From an uncultured Actinomycetota bacterium (GTDB lineage: Bacteria > Actinomycetota > Actinomycetes > Propionibacteriales > Nocardioidaceae), in the NCBI GenBank assembly GCA_963708875.1, contig CAVPUL010000002.1:406598-470597 (forward strand): DNA of 64,000 nucleotides, given 5' to 3'. Shown here piece by piece: positions 28,888-40,694 of this stretch. Made by a program: the position numbers and the translations under genes. The notes beneath the pieces were generated by a model. The model was not told the DNA's origin. It searched no databases and worked only from the letters and a program-made list of their open reading frames with translations. Position 1 is the first letter of the stretch. Every line of letters begins with the position of its first letter.

Positions 28888-31800
28888 CAGGCCGCGCACC
28901 ACGCGGAGGCCGACCGAGAGACGTGCCAGCTCGGCGGTCTCCTCGCGGCAGATCTCCTCCAGCGTCTCGGCCGAGCGGCCGACCAGCTCCCGGTCGGAGT
29001 CCTCCCACGCGGCCACGCGTGCCGGGGCCGGATCGTCCGGGCTGGTCGACTCCAGCACCTGGGCAGTGAGCTGCTGGTGCACGCCGTAGAGGTCGTCGCG
29101 CACGGCCGCCCGGGCCATCGTCTGCCAGCGGTCGTCGCGCGGCAGCGCGAAGATCCGCTCGACCAGGGCCGGGAGGCCGAGCCGCTCACCGAGGGCGTAG
29201 TGGACGCGGGCCACCTCCACCGGGTCGACCCCGAGCCGGTCGCCGGTCTCCACCATCCCGAGCACGGCGTAGGCCGGGGCCAGTCCGGCGACGTGGGACG
29301 CGAGGCCGGCAGGCACGCCCTGGGCGCTGAGGCGCGACTCCCGGGCGAGGTAGTCGTCGAGCTCGCGACCGCTCATGACCGAGGGCAGCTCGGCCATCAC
29401 GGCCTGCACCCGCTCGCGGAAGAAGTCGACCGTGGCCTGCGAGTCGAGGGGCGGTCGCCGGTTGGTCACCAGCCACCGCGACGCGCGCTCGACGAGCGTA
29501 CGCATCTCGATCCGCATCCGGGTCTGGCGCTCGGCCGGCACCTGGTTGTCCAGCGCGGCGATCTCCTGGCGCAGCGCCAGCGACCCGAAGATCTCGCGGG
29601 CGACGAAGTTGGCGCGGGTCAGGTCGGCCGGGCTCGCGCCCGTCTCCCCCTGCAGCCGCGGCCAGAAGGTCATGCCGGCGCCGTTGACGAGGTCGTTGAC
29701 GACCTGGGTCACGATGATCTCCCGGCGCAGCGGGTGGTCCTCGATGGCCTCCTGGAGGTCCGGCACCATCTGTTGCGGGAAGTAGGCCAGCAGGTCCTCG
29801 CGCAGGTAGGGGTCGTCGGGCAGGTCGGACTCGATCAGCTCGTCGGCGAGCACGATCTTGGTCCACGCCAGCAGCACCGAGAGCTCGGGTGCCGACAGCG
29901 CCTGCTTGCGGTCGAGACGACGCCGCACCTGACGGGTCGAGGGCAGACCCTCGAGCTCGCGATTGAGCACGCCGCGCTTCTCGAGCGCGCGCATCCACTC
30001 CTCGTGGACGTGCAGCAGCGAGGGGGCGTGCGCCTCGGCGTTGGCCAGCGCGAGGTTCTGCTCGTAGTTGTCGCGCAGCACCAGGGAGCCGACGTCGTCG
30101 GTCATCGCGGCGAGCAGCTCGTTGCGGCCCTCCTCGTCCATCGAGCCCGCACGGACGACGCGATCGAGGAGGATCTTGATGTTGACCTCGTGGTCGGACG
30201 TGTCGACGCCGGCGGAGTTGTCGATGAAGTCGGTGTTCATCCGGCCGCCGTGGCCGCCCGCGCCGTAGCGCGCATACTCCACCCGACCGAGCTGGGTGAA
30301 GCCCAGGTTGCCGCCCTCACCGATGCACTTGGCCCGCAGGTCCTCGCCGTTGACCCGGATCGAGTCGTTGGCCTTGTCACCGGCGTCGGCGTTGGACTCC
30401 TCCGACGACTTCACATAGGTGCCGATGCCGCCGTTCCACAGCAGGTCGACGGGGGCGAGCAGGATCGCCTTCATCAGCTCGGCGGGCGTCATCGCGGTGA
30501 CGTCCTTGCCGAGACCCAGCACCTCGCGCACCTGCGCGGAGACCGGGATCGACTTCGCCGAGCGCGGCCACACACCGCCGCCCTCGGAGATCAGCGAGGT
30601 GTCGTAGTCCTTCCAGCTCGAGCGTGGCAGGTCGAAGAGCCGCTGGCGCTCGGCGTAGGACGGCGCGGCGTCGGGCGCCGGGTCGATGAAGATGTCGCGG
30701 TGGTCGAACGCCGCGACCAGGCGCGTGTGCTCGGAGCACAGCAGACCGTTGCCGAAGACGTCACCGGACATGTCGCCGATGCCGACGGCCGTGAAGTCCT
30801 CGGCCTGGCAGTCGACACCCATCTCGCGGAAGTGGCGCTGCACCGAGACCCAGGCGCCCTTGCGCGGTGATGCCCATCGCCTTGTGGTCGTAGCCGACCG
30901 AGCCGCCGGAGGCGAACGCGTCGCCGAGCCAGAAGCCGTAGTCCTTGGCCACCCCGTTGGCGATGTCGGAGAACGTCGCTGTGCCCTTGTCGGCCGCGAC
31001 CACGAGGTAGGAGTCGTCACCGTCGTGGCGTACGACCTCGCGCGGCGGCACCGTGGCCCCGTCGACGAGGTTGTCGGTGATGTCGAGCAGGCCGGAGATG
31101 AACGTCTTGTAGCAGTCGATGCCCTCGGCCAGCCACGCGTCGCGGTCGGCGGGGTCGGGCAGCTGCTTGCAGAAGAACGCACCCTTCGCGCCGACCGGCA
31201 CGATGACGGTGTTCTTCACCATCTGCGCCTTGACCAGGCCGAGCACCTCGGTGCGGAAGTCGTCTCGCCGGTCCGACCAGCGCAGGCCACCTCGCGCGAC
31301 GGCGCCGAAGCGCAGGTGCGAGCCCTCGACGCGCGGGCTGTAGACGAAGATCTCGTAGCGCGGTCGCGGCTCGGGCAGGTCGGGGATCGCCGACGGCTCG
31401 AGCTTGAAGGACATGTACGGGTGGATCGCGCCGTCCGCGGTCCGCTGGAAGAAGTTGGTGCGCAGCGTCGCCCGGACCAGCGTCCGGTAGGAGCGCAGGA
31501 TGCGGTCGTGGTCGAGGCTGACGACGTCGTCGAGCGCCCTCGCGAGCCGCTCCTCGATCGCCTCCACCTTGGCGACGCGCGCCTCGGAGTCGGCGTCGAG
31601 GACCCGGTCCGCGTGGCGGCCCGGGTCGAAGCGCGACTCGAACAGCTCGACCAGCAGGCGGGTGATGTCGACGTTGCTGCGCAACGCCTCCTCGATGTAG
31701 TCGAGGGCGAAGGGCGAGTTGCCCTGCTTGAGGTACTTCGCGTAGGCGCGCAGCACGGTGGCCTGGCGCCAGGTCAGGCCGGCGGCGAGGACGAGCTGGT

Positions 31801-33746
31801 TGAACCCGTCGATCTCGTTGTAGCCGTCCCACACCGCACGCAGCGCCTCTGCGAACAGTGTCCGCTCGTGGGGCTGCAGCACGCGGCCGTGGCGCAGCCC
31901 GAACTCGTAGATGTACGACGGCCGCGACAGGCCGAGCAGCTCGTACGGTCGCTCGTCGACCACCTCGACGCCCATCGAGGTGAGCATCGGCAGCACGGTG
32001 CTGAGCGACAGCGGGGCGCCGACGCGGAAGACCTTGAGCCGCGACTCGCCGCGTCGGTACTCGCCGCCCTCCTCGTCCTGGTCGAACAACGCGAGGTCGA
32101 TGCCCTCGGTGCCCTCGATGGCCTCGATCCGACCGAGGTCGGCCGAGCCGCGCTGGGGCGTGTAGTCCTCCTTGTAGGCCTCCGGGTAGGCCTCGGCCCA
32201 TGCTCTGGCCAGGCGCGGCACCCTCGCCCTCGCCGTGCTCGTTGACCACGGCGGTGACGAAGTCGTCGCGCCACGAGCGGGACGCCTCGGTGAGCCGGCG
32301 CTCGAGGTCGGGGACGTCGATCTCGGGGATGCTCTCGCCCTTGGGCGGGTGCACCACGAAGTGCACCCGCGCCGTGGTCGACTCGTTGACGCGAGCGGTG
32401 AACTCGACGTGCTCGCCACCGAAGTCGTCGCGGAGGATGTCGGAGAAGCGCTCGCGCACGGCGGTGCTGTAGCGATCGCGGGGCAGGTAGACCAGGACCG
32501 AGACGTAGCGCCCGTAGGTGTCGCGGCGCACGAACGCCCGCAGCTGGCGTCGCTCGCGCGCGAACATCACGTCCTGCGCCACCGGGGCCAGCTCGGCCGG
32601 CGAGGTGTGGAAGAGCTCGTCGCGCGGGTAGTTCTCGAGCGTGTCCATCAGCGCCTTGCCCGCATGGCTGCGCGGGTCGAAGCCGGCCCGGCTCATCACC
32701 TCGCGCACCTTCTCGCGCAGCACCGGGATCCGGGTGACCGACTCGGTGTAGGCGGCGCTGGAGAAGAGGCCGAGGAAGCGGCGCTCGCCGACGACCTGGC
32801 CGTCCTCGCCGAACGTCTTGACGCCGACATAGTCGAGGTACGCCGGCCGGTGCACGGTCGCGCGCGAGTTGGCCTTGGCGAGCACGAGCAGCGTCCGCTC
32901 GCGGGCCTTGGCCTTGGCGATCGGCGGCAGCTTGGCGAACGCGCTCGACAGATCCTGGTCGTGGCGCAGGATGCCGAGGCCGGAGCCGGGCACGGCCCGC
33001 AGGCCGCACTCGTCGGGCTCGTCCTCGTCGGCCTCGAGCTGGTACTCCCGGTAGCCGAGGAAGGTGAAGTGGTCGTCGGCCAGCCAGGTGAGGAAGTCGC
33101 GGCCCTGGCGGACCTCGGCCTCGCCCAGCGGCGGCGGGGCGTCGGTGAGCTCGGTGACCACCGCCAGGACCTTGTCGTGCATCTTGGCCCAGTCCTCGAC
33201 CGACTCGCGGACGTCGCGCAGCACCCGCTGGACGCCCTCGGTGATCTCGGTGGCCTCGTCGTCGTCGGTGCGGTCGATCTCGACGTGCATCCAGGACTCG
33301 ACGACGTCGTTGTCGCTCTGCGCACCGTCGATCACCTCGTGGGCGTGCACGTGCTGGAGCTGGCCGGTGATGTCGCGCTCGACGGCGAGCTGCGGGTGGA
33401 TCACCGCGTGCACGTTGTGACCGAGCCGGTTGAGCTCCATGGTCACCGAGTCGACGAGGAACGGCATGTCGTCCGTGACGACCTCGACCACCGACCGACC
33501 CGCGGACGACCAGCCGGACCCGGCCACGGTGGGCGTCACGACGCGTACGGCTGAGGTGCCCTGCGGACGCGAGGAGGCGAGCTCGCGGTGCGAGGTGAGT
33601 GCGCCGAACAGGTCCTCGGGCGAGCGCTCCGCGACCTCCTCAGGGGCCACGTGGCGGTAGTACGCACGGAGCAGGTCGCCCCATTCGGGCCGCGCCCGCG
33701 TCGCCTCGTCGAGCTGCTGGTCCTTGGTCTCCTCGGGCGTCGCCAC
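28879..33746 (-). pseudogene. gdh: Large NAD-specific glutamate dehydrogenase (about 1620 aa), two frameshifts as assembled
   Basis: DDMPFLVDS, RGGLRWSDRRDDFRTE, AADKGTATFSD, GYDHKAMGIT and TDFIDNSAGVD motifs across three frames; single extra bases at about 32217 and about 30862. Confidence 0.92.
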
Positions 33747-33821
33747 GCTCCGACCATAGAACCCGCCGAGTGACGGTCACAACAGGGGGTGGTGGCCCTC
33801 GAATGGGCCATGATGTGCGCC

Positions 33822-34289
33822 ATGAAGAAGCTCACCAAGACGCTGACGTACGACGCCACGGCGGAGGCGGTCGCGGGCATGCTCGACGACACCGGCTTCC
33901 GCGAGGAGGTGCTGGAGAAGCAGAAGGTCGTGCGCGGCTCGGTCACCATCGACGGCGACGTGGCGACCATCGAACAGGTCCGGTCCGGCAACGACATCCC
34001 GTCGTTCGCCCGCACGTTCGTCGGCGACGAGATCCTCATCGTCCAGACCGAGAACTGGACCTCCCCGACCTCCGCCGACGTACGCCTGGCGATCCCCGGC
34101 AAGCCGGGCGAGGCCGTCGGCACGATCACCCTGGTCGACTCCGGGACCACCACGACCGAGACCGTGGCCCTCGACATCACGGTCAAGATCCCGCTCGTCG
34201 GCGGGAAGATCGAGGGCATGATCGCCGACATGGTGGGCGCGGCGCTCGACGTCGAGCAGCGCGTCGGTCGGGAGTGGCTGACGCGCTAG
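33822..34289 (+). CDS. DUF2505 family (SRPBCC-like) protein
   Basis: VKIPLVGGKIE C-terminal motif; 155 aa. Confidence 0.8.
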   Translation: MKKLTKTLTYDATAEAVAGMLDDTGFREEVLEKQKVVRGSVTIDGDVATIEQVRSGNDIPSFARTFVGDEILIVQTENWTSPTSADVRLAIPGKPGEAVGTITLVDSGTTTTETVALDITVKIPLVGGKIEGMIADMVGAALDVEQRVGREWLTR

Positions 34290-34447
34290 TCGCGGTCCTC
34301 GGCGGCGTCCTCGCGTCGCCGCAGCCACACCACGATCCCGAGCACGACGAACGGGCCGAACGCCAGCAGCAGCGTGAGGCCCTGCTCGAACGGGTGCAGC
34401 GCGCCCATGTGCAGAGGGACCACGGGAGGGACCACGGGAGGGACCAT
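34286..34447 (-). CDS. Small single-TM membrane protein (about 53 aa)
   Basis: MVPPVVPPVVPLHMGALHPFEQGLTLLLAFGPFVVLGIVVWLRRREDAAEDRD*; the start could instead be the internal Met. Confidence 0.65.
   Translation of the reverse strand: MVPPVVPPVVPLHMGALHPFEQGLTLLLAFGPFVVLGIVVWLRRREDAAEDRD
34415..34445. repeat. 12-bp tandem repeat (about 2.6 copies)
   Basis: AGGGACCACGGG x2 plus a partial third copy; encodes VVPP on the minus strand. Confidence 0.8.
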
Positions 34448-34455
34448 CCGGGGTG

Positions 34456-36084
<1,629 letters not shown>

Positions 36085-36116
36085 GCGCCTGATCGTGTCA
36101 GACGACGGCGCGGGCC

Positions 36117-36461
36117 TCAAAGGGAGGCGAGGAGGTCACCGATCTCCTGCGTCGCCCACCACGCCAGGTCGTCGTCGGGATCCGCGTCGTCACGGTCGTC
36201 GACGTGCACGGCCACCACCTCGCGCCAGGTCGCCGGACCGTCGGCCGAGGCGCTCTCGACGACCACGACCAGGCGCCGCCGCTGCCCGTCGGGCAGGCCG
36301 GTCAGCAGCTCGGCCGAGGCGTCCGCCGCCGTCATGAGGGCGGCGTACTCCGTCTCGTCGCCGTCGTCCGTGGCGAGCACGGCTTCGGCCACGTCGGGGC
36401 CCGGGCCGTCCCACTCGCCCGCGAGCCGCGGGAGCGTGCTCGGGACGTAGCGGCGGCTCAC
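36117..36461 (-). CDS. Conserved actinobacterial hypothetical protein (DUF6912-like)
   Basis: ETEYAALMTAA...WWATQEIGDL pattern; start GTG overlaps the upstream stop. Confidence 0.7.
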   Translation of the reverse strand: MSRRYVPSTLPRLAGEWDGPGPDVAEAVLATDDGDETEYAALMTAADASAELLTGLPDGQRRRLVVVVESASADGPATWREVVAVHVDDRDDADPDDDLAWWATQEIGDLLASL

Positions 36462-37918
36462 GTCCTGCCCTTCGCCCGTGGACCGGCGCTCTTCCTGCGA
36501 CCCCGCGGGGCCTGCGGCCGGGTGTCGCTGGCGGAGTCGATGAGCTCCTCGAGGGACTCGAGCACGCACTGGCCCAGCACGTCGGCGTCGGGCACGGCGT
36601 CGCGGTCGGCGGTGATGCCGTAGAACACGCCACCGTCGTACGACGTCACGCCGAAAGCCAGCGGGTGGTCGGGCAGCAGCGGGTGCACGGGATAGGACTC
36701 GAGCATCCGGGCACCGTCGGCGTAGAGCGGGAACTGCGGACCGGGGACGTTGGTGATCGACACGTGGAAGCCGCCGCGCAGCTCGGCCGCGGCGAGCCGG
36801 GAGCCGAGCGCGTGGAACGTGGTCGGGGCGAAGCCGGCGATGCCCGACAGCCGCCGCGCCGAGACGTTGCGGCCGTTGTCACGGTGTGCCCGGAGGTCGT
36901 AGCTGACCTGGTGCAGGCGTACGACAGGGCTGGGCTCGATGATCGGCAGGTTCACGAGGTGGCCGGTGATCTGGGTGCCGAGCGAGGTCGCCTCGAGCTC
37001 GTCGTCGATGACCGACATCGGCACGATCGCCTTGATCGTCTTGAGCCCGCCCATCGACTCGGCGCGCGTCATCAGCCAGCCGCGCAGGCCGCCGGCGAGG
37101 GTCGCGAGGATGACGTCGTTGACCGTGCCGCCGTGCACCTCGCGGATCCGGCGGTAGGCGGACAGCTCGGTGCGCACGGTGACGAACCGGCGCTGCTGGG
37201 AGAGCTTGCGGTGGACCGGGGTCGAGTGGACGGGTCCGCGTCCGGCCAGGGCGTTGGCGACCTCGGCGACGCGGCCTCCGGTCGCGGAGGCCTGACGGGC
37301 GACCGACTCGGCGTTGGCGCGCGTGGTCGACCACAGGGTCCGTGGGCTCTCGAGGGTGTCGGTGACGGCGTTGAGCGCCGCGGCGACCGGGCCGGCCGTA
37401 CGCCGGGGACGCCAGTCGTCGTCGTGGCCGAGCGTGGACCGGTCCGGCGACGTGTCGAGCAGGACCTGGCCGATGTCGACGGTCTCGCGGCCGTCGACGA
37501 GGATCTGGTGGCTCTTGGTCAGCAGCGCGATGCGTCCGTCGGCGAGGCCCTCGACGAAGTAGACCTCCCACAGGGGCCTGCTGCGGTCGAGCGGGCGGGA
37601 CGCGATGCGAGCGACGAGCTCGCGGAGCTGGTCCATCGTCCCGGGACGCGGCAGCGCCGAGCGGCGTACGTGGTAGCCGAGGTCGAAGTTCTCGTCGTCC
37701 ACCCAGGCGGGGTTCGCCAGGCGCCCCGGCACCAGCTGCAGCCGCTGGCGGTAGCGCGGGACGAACGCGATCCGGTCGGCGATCAGCTCGACCAGGCGGT
37801 CGTGGTCGAAGCCGGAGTCACCGGGATCGAAGATCTCGACCGTCGCGTTGTGCATGGGCGTCGTGGGGGACTCGGCGGCCAGGATGGCCAGGTCCCTCGG
37901 CCGGAGCCGCTCACTCAC
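36458..37918 (-). CDS. WS/DGAT family O-acyltransferase homologue with a degenerate active-site motif
   Basis: PLDRSRPLWEVY and ITNVPGPQFPLY motifs; HQILVDG in place of HHxxxDG. Confidence 0.9.
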   Translation of the reverse strand: MSERLRPRDLAILAAESPTTPMHNATVEIFDPGDSGFDHDRLVELIADRIAFVPRYRQRLQLVPGRLANPAWVDDENFDLGYHVRRSALPRPGTMDQLRELVARIASRPLDRSRPLWEVYFVEGLADGRIALLTKSHQILVDGRETVDIGQVLLDTSPDRSTLGHDDDWRPRRTAGPVAAALNAVTDTLESPRTLWSTTRANAESVARQASATGGRVAEVANALAGRGPVHSTPVHRKLSQQRRFVTVRTELSAYRRIREVHGGTVNDVILATLAGGLRGWLMTRAESMGGLKTIKAIVPMSVIDDELEATSLGTQITGHLVNLPIIEPSPVVRLHQVSYDLRAHRDNGRNVSARRLSGIAGFAPTTFHALGSRLAAAELRGGFHVSITNVPGPQFPLYADGARMLESYPVHPLLPDHPLAFGVTSYDGGVFYGITADRDAVPDADVLGQCVLESLEELIDSASDTRPQAPRGRRKSAGPRAKGRT

Positions 37919-38048
37919 GCACGTACTCGCTTCGCTCCGTGCGCGCATGAGGCACATGTCACGCTGCGTCGAACTATTCGCTCGCTGCGCTCACTCATGC
38001 ACACACCTCTCGTCGATCACGCTTGTCCCGCATGGGATTCTGGCAGAC

Positions 38049-38429
38049 ATGCGCCTCCCCGCCGTCGCCGTGCCCCTCGTCCTCGTGCTCGCCGCGAGCC
38101 TCACCGCGTGCGGCAGCGACGACGCCGATCCTCCGACGAGCTCGTCGAGCGCCACCTCGGACGGCGACTCGGTCGCGGTGACGGTGACCCGCAAGGGCGA
38201 CACCTTCACCCCCAACGGCGAGCGCGTCGAGCTCGGCGTCGACCAGACCCTGGTGCTGACGATCGACGCCGACGAGGCCGGTGAGATCCACGTGCACAGC
38301 ACGCCGGAGCAGGAGATCCCGTACGACGCCGGCACCTCCGAGCACGAGCTCACCATCGACCGTCCCGGCGTGGTCGAGGTCGAGAGCCACGAGCCCGAAG
38401 TGGTCCTGCTCCAGCTCGAGGTGCGGTGA
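38049..38429 (+). CDS. Lipoprotein with a cupredoxin-like beta-sandwich
   Basis: Lipobox LTA|C; EIHVHS and VEVESHE motifs. Confidence 0.75.
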   Translation: MRLPAVAVPLVLVLAASLTACGSDDADPPTSSSSATSDGDSVAVTVTRKGDTFTPNGERVELGVDQTLVLTIDADEAGEIHVHSTPEQEIPYDAGTSEHELTIDRPGVVEVESHEPEVVLLQLEVR

Positions 38430-39769
38430 GCGCGGGGCAGCTGAGCATGGGCGGCTCCATCTCGGCGCACGGGCTGGGCGGCGCCAAGGACCTGCCCATC
38501 CCGTCGGAGCTGGCGATCGCCGGCGCGGTGGCCGCGCTGGTCATCTCCTTCACGGTCCTCGCGATCGCCTGGCGCGAGCCGCGCTACGACGCCGCGACGA
38601 GCGGCCGGCTCGCCCCCGGATGGCTCGACCGCTTCGTGTCGTCGTCGGCGCTGGCCGTCACCGCCCGCGTGTTCGGCATGGCGTTCTTCCTCTACGTCGC
38701 CGCTGCTGCTGTCTTCGGCAAGGACAGCCTGATCAACCCGTTCCTCGGGACGTTCTACGTCCTGCTCTGGGTCGGCCTGGTGCCGGCGTCGCTCCTGCTG
38801 GGCCCGTTCTTCAGGGCCGTCAGCCCGGCCCGCACGATCAGCATGCTGTTCGCGAAGATCTCCGGCGTCCCCGAGGGCGAAGGACTGCGCCCCTACCCCG
38901 AGCGGCTCGGATACTGGCCGGCCGCCGTCGGCCTGTTCTCGTTCGCGTGGCTGGAGCTGGTCTACCCCAACGCGACCGCCGTCGGCCCGGTCCGGCTCTG
39001 GTGCGCCGCCTACCTCGGCATCATGCTCATCGGCTCCGCCGTGTGGGGTACGACGTTCCTCGCCCGCGCCGACCCGTTCGAGGTCTACTCCTCGCTGGTC
39101 GGCAAGCTCTCCGTCTGGGGACGGCGCGACGGCCGGCTCGTCCTCCGCAGCCCGCTGGCCAACCTCGACACCGTGGTCGCCCGGCCCGGTCTGGTCGCGG
39201 TCGTGGCCGTGCTGTTCGGTAGCACCGGGTTCGACTCGTTCCGCGAGTCGACCGGGTGGCTCAAGCTCGTGCAGTCGATGTCGGGATCACGCGTCCTGCC
39301 CGACACCCTCGCGCTGATCGGCTTCTCGGTCGGCGTGGCGGTCATCCTCACGCTCGCGACCATGGCGACAGGAGTCACGAGCGCCACCTCGCGGCGCGCG
39401 CTGCCGAACCTCTTCGCGCACTCGATCGTGCCGATCATCGTCGGCTACATCGTGGCCCACTACCTGACCTACTTCGTCGAGTACGGCCAGCAGACCCTGG
39501 TCCAGCTCAGCGACCCGTTCAGCAGGGGCGACGACTACCTGGGCACGGCCGACCTGCAGATCAACTACTGGCTGTCGATCCACCCGACGTTCCTGGCGGT
39601 GAGCAAGGTCGTCGCCGTGGCGCTCGGCCACGTGGTCGGCGTCGTCGCGGCACACGACCGCGCCATCAAGCTGCTGCCACGGCGGCACCAGCTGACGGGT
39701 CAGCTACCCCTGCTCGTGGCGATGGTGGGCTTCACCGTGGGAGGTCTGTACCTGCTGTTCGCAGCGTGA
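38426..39769 (+). CDS. Polytopic membrane protein (family often labelled fenitrothion hydrolase; function unknown)
   Basis: SAHGLGGAKDLPIP N-terminus, AHYLTY and GHVVGVVAAHDRA motifs; about 10 TM segments; GTGA-coupled to the lipoprotein gene. Confidence 0.75.
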   Translation: MSAGQLSMGGSISAHGLGGAKDLPIPSELAIAGAVAALVISFTVLAIAWREPRYDAATSGRLAPGWLDRFVSSSALAVTARVFGMAFFLYVAAAAVFGKDSLINPFLGTFYVLLWVGLVPASLLLGPFFRAVSPARTISMLFAKISGVPEGEGLRPYPERLGYWPAAVGLFSFAWLELVYPNATAVGPVRLWCAAYLGIMLIGSAVWGTTFLARADPFEVYSSLVGKLSVWGRRDGRLVLRSPLANLDTVVARPGLVAVVAVLFGSTGFDSFRESTGWLKLVQSMSGSRVLPDTLALIGFSVGVAVILTLATMATGVTSATSRRALPNLFAHSIVPIIVGYIVAHYLTYFVEYGQQTLVQLSDPFSRGDDYLGTADLQINYWLSIHPTFLAVSKVVAVALGHVVGVVAAHDRAIKLLPRRHQLTGQLPLLVAMVGFTVGGLYLLFAA

Positions 39770-40634
39770 GGAGGCTGCCGTCGAGCAGTGGAACCGGTCC
39801 GTAGGGCCAGTTGGGTGGCAGCTGGGGGGCGACCGTGACGCTCTCGCAGCTGCCGAACGGGTCGACCACGTCGAGCGGGTCGCGGTAGCCCACGAAGACC
39901 ACGGTGTCCGCGTTGCCGTTCTCCTGGGTGCCGTCGTCGCACCGGATCTTGTCGACCTGGCCGTCGGGCAGGACGTAGATCGTGTCGTTGCCCTGCTCGG
40001 TGAAGACCTTGTCCGCTCCCGGACCGAGGAAGACGGTGTCGTCACCCTCGTCGCCCTTGATCAGCCAGTCGTTGCCCTCGCCGTCGATCAGCACGTCGTT
40101 GCCCGGACCACCCTGGATGGCGCCGTCGTCGCCGGGACCGCCGTCGATCCAGTCGTTGCCGGCACCGCCGATGTGCTTGTCCGAGCCCTCGCCGCCGAAG
40201 AGGCGGTCGTCGCCGTCGTTGCCACCGAGGACGTCGTTGCCGTTCGCGCCGTAGACGACGTCGTTGCCGACGTTGGCGGAGAGGACGTCGTCCCCGTCGC
40301 CCCCGTACACCTCGTCGTCGCCGGAGCCGCCGTCGATCTTGTCGTTGCCTGCGCCCCCGTCCACCCAGTCGTTGCCGGGTTGCGCGGTGATCCAGTCGTT
40401 GCCCTCGTCACCGTAGACGGTGTCGTTGCCGGAGCCTGCGTAGATCTTGTCGTCACCGGCGAAGGAGCGCACGCTGTCGCGGCCGCCGAGGGACATGATG
40501 AAGTCCGCACGCGAGCGACCGTTGATGACGTCGTCACCCGTCGTGCCGCGCGCCTGCTTCGCCGCGAGCGCAGGCGTCGCGGTCAGGGCAAGCACGGCCA
40601 GCGTCGCGACGCCGATCCGGAGCGGTCGTATCAA
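39732..40634 (-). CDS. Secreted calcium-binding protein with RTX/hemolysin-type nonapeptide repeats
   Basis: Signal peptide plus more than 10 GGxGxD repeats; TTG start with SD GAGGAG. Confidence 0.88.
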   Translation of the reverse strand: MIRPLRIGVATLAVLALTATPALAAKQARGTTGDDVINGRSRADFIMSLGGRDSVRSFAGDDKIYAGSGNDTVYGDEGNDWITAQPGNDWVDGGAGNDKIDGGSGDDEVYGGDGDDVLSANVGNDVVYGANGNDVLGGNDGDDRLFGGEGSDKHIGGAGNDWIDGGPGDDGAIQGGPGNDVLIDGEGNDWLIKGDEGDDTVFLGPGADKVFTEQGNDTIYVLPDGQVDKIRCDDGTQENGNADTVVFVGYRDPLDVVDPFGSCESVTVAPQLPPNWPYGPVPLLDGSLLTLRTAGTDLPR

Positions 40635-40694
40635 GGGTTTCTCCTCAAGGATCAGACTCCAAACTACGACAAACCTTGAGGATTTGCTCAGTTC

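Noticed and set aside
28753-30870. 705-aa plus-strand ORF opposite gdh
   Set aside because: Antisense shadow of a conserved gene with no independent domain signal.
30855-32225. Programmed ribosomal frameshifting in gdh
   Set aside because: No slippery heptamer is present, conserved motifs are interrupted mid-motif, and the same one-base pattern occurs in unrelated genes.
33770-33786. GTGAC-G-GTCAC palindrome upstream of gdh as a GlnR box
   Set aside because: It does not fit the GTnAC-N6-GAAAC consensus, and a short palindrome is likely by chance.
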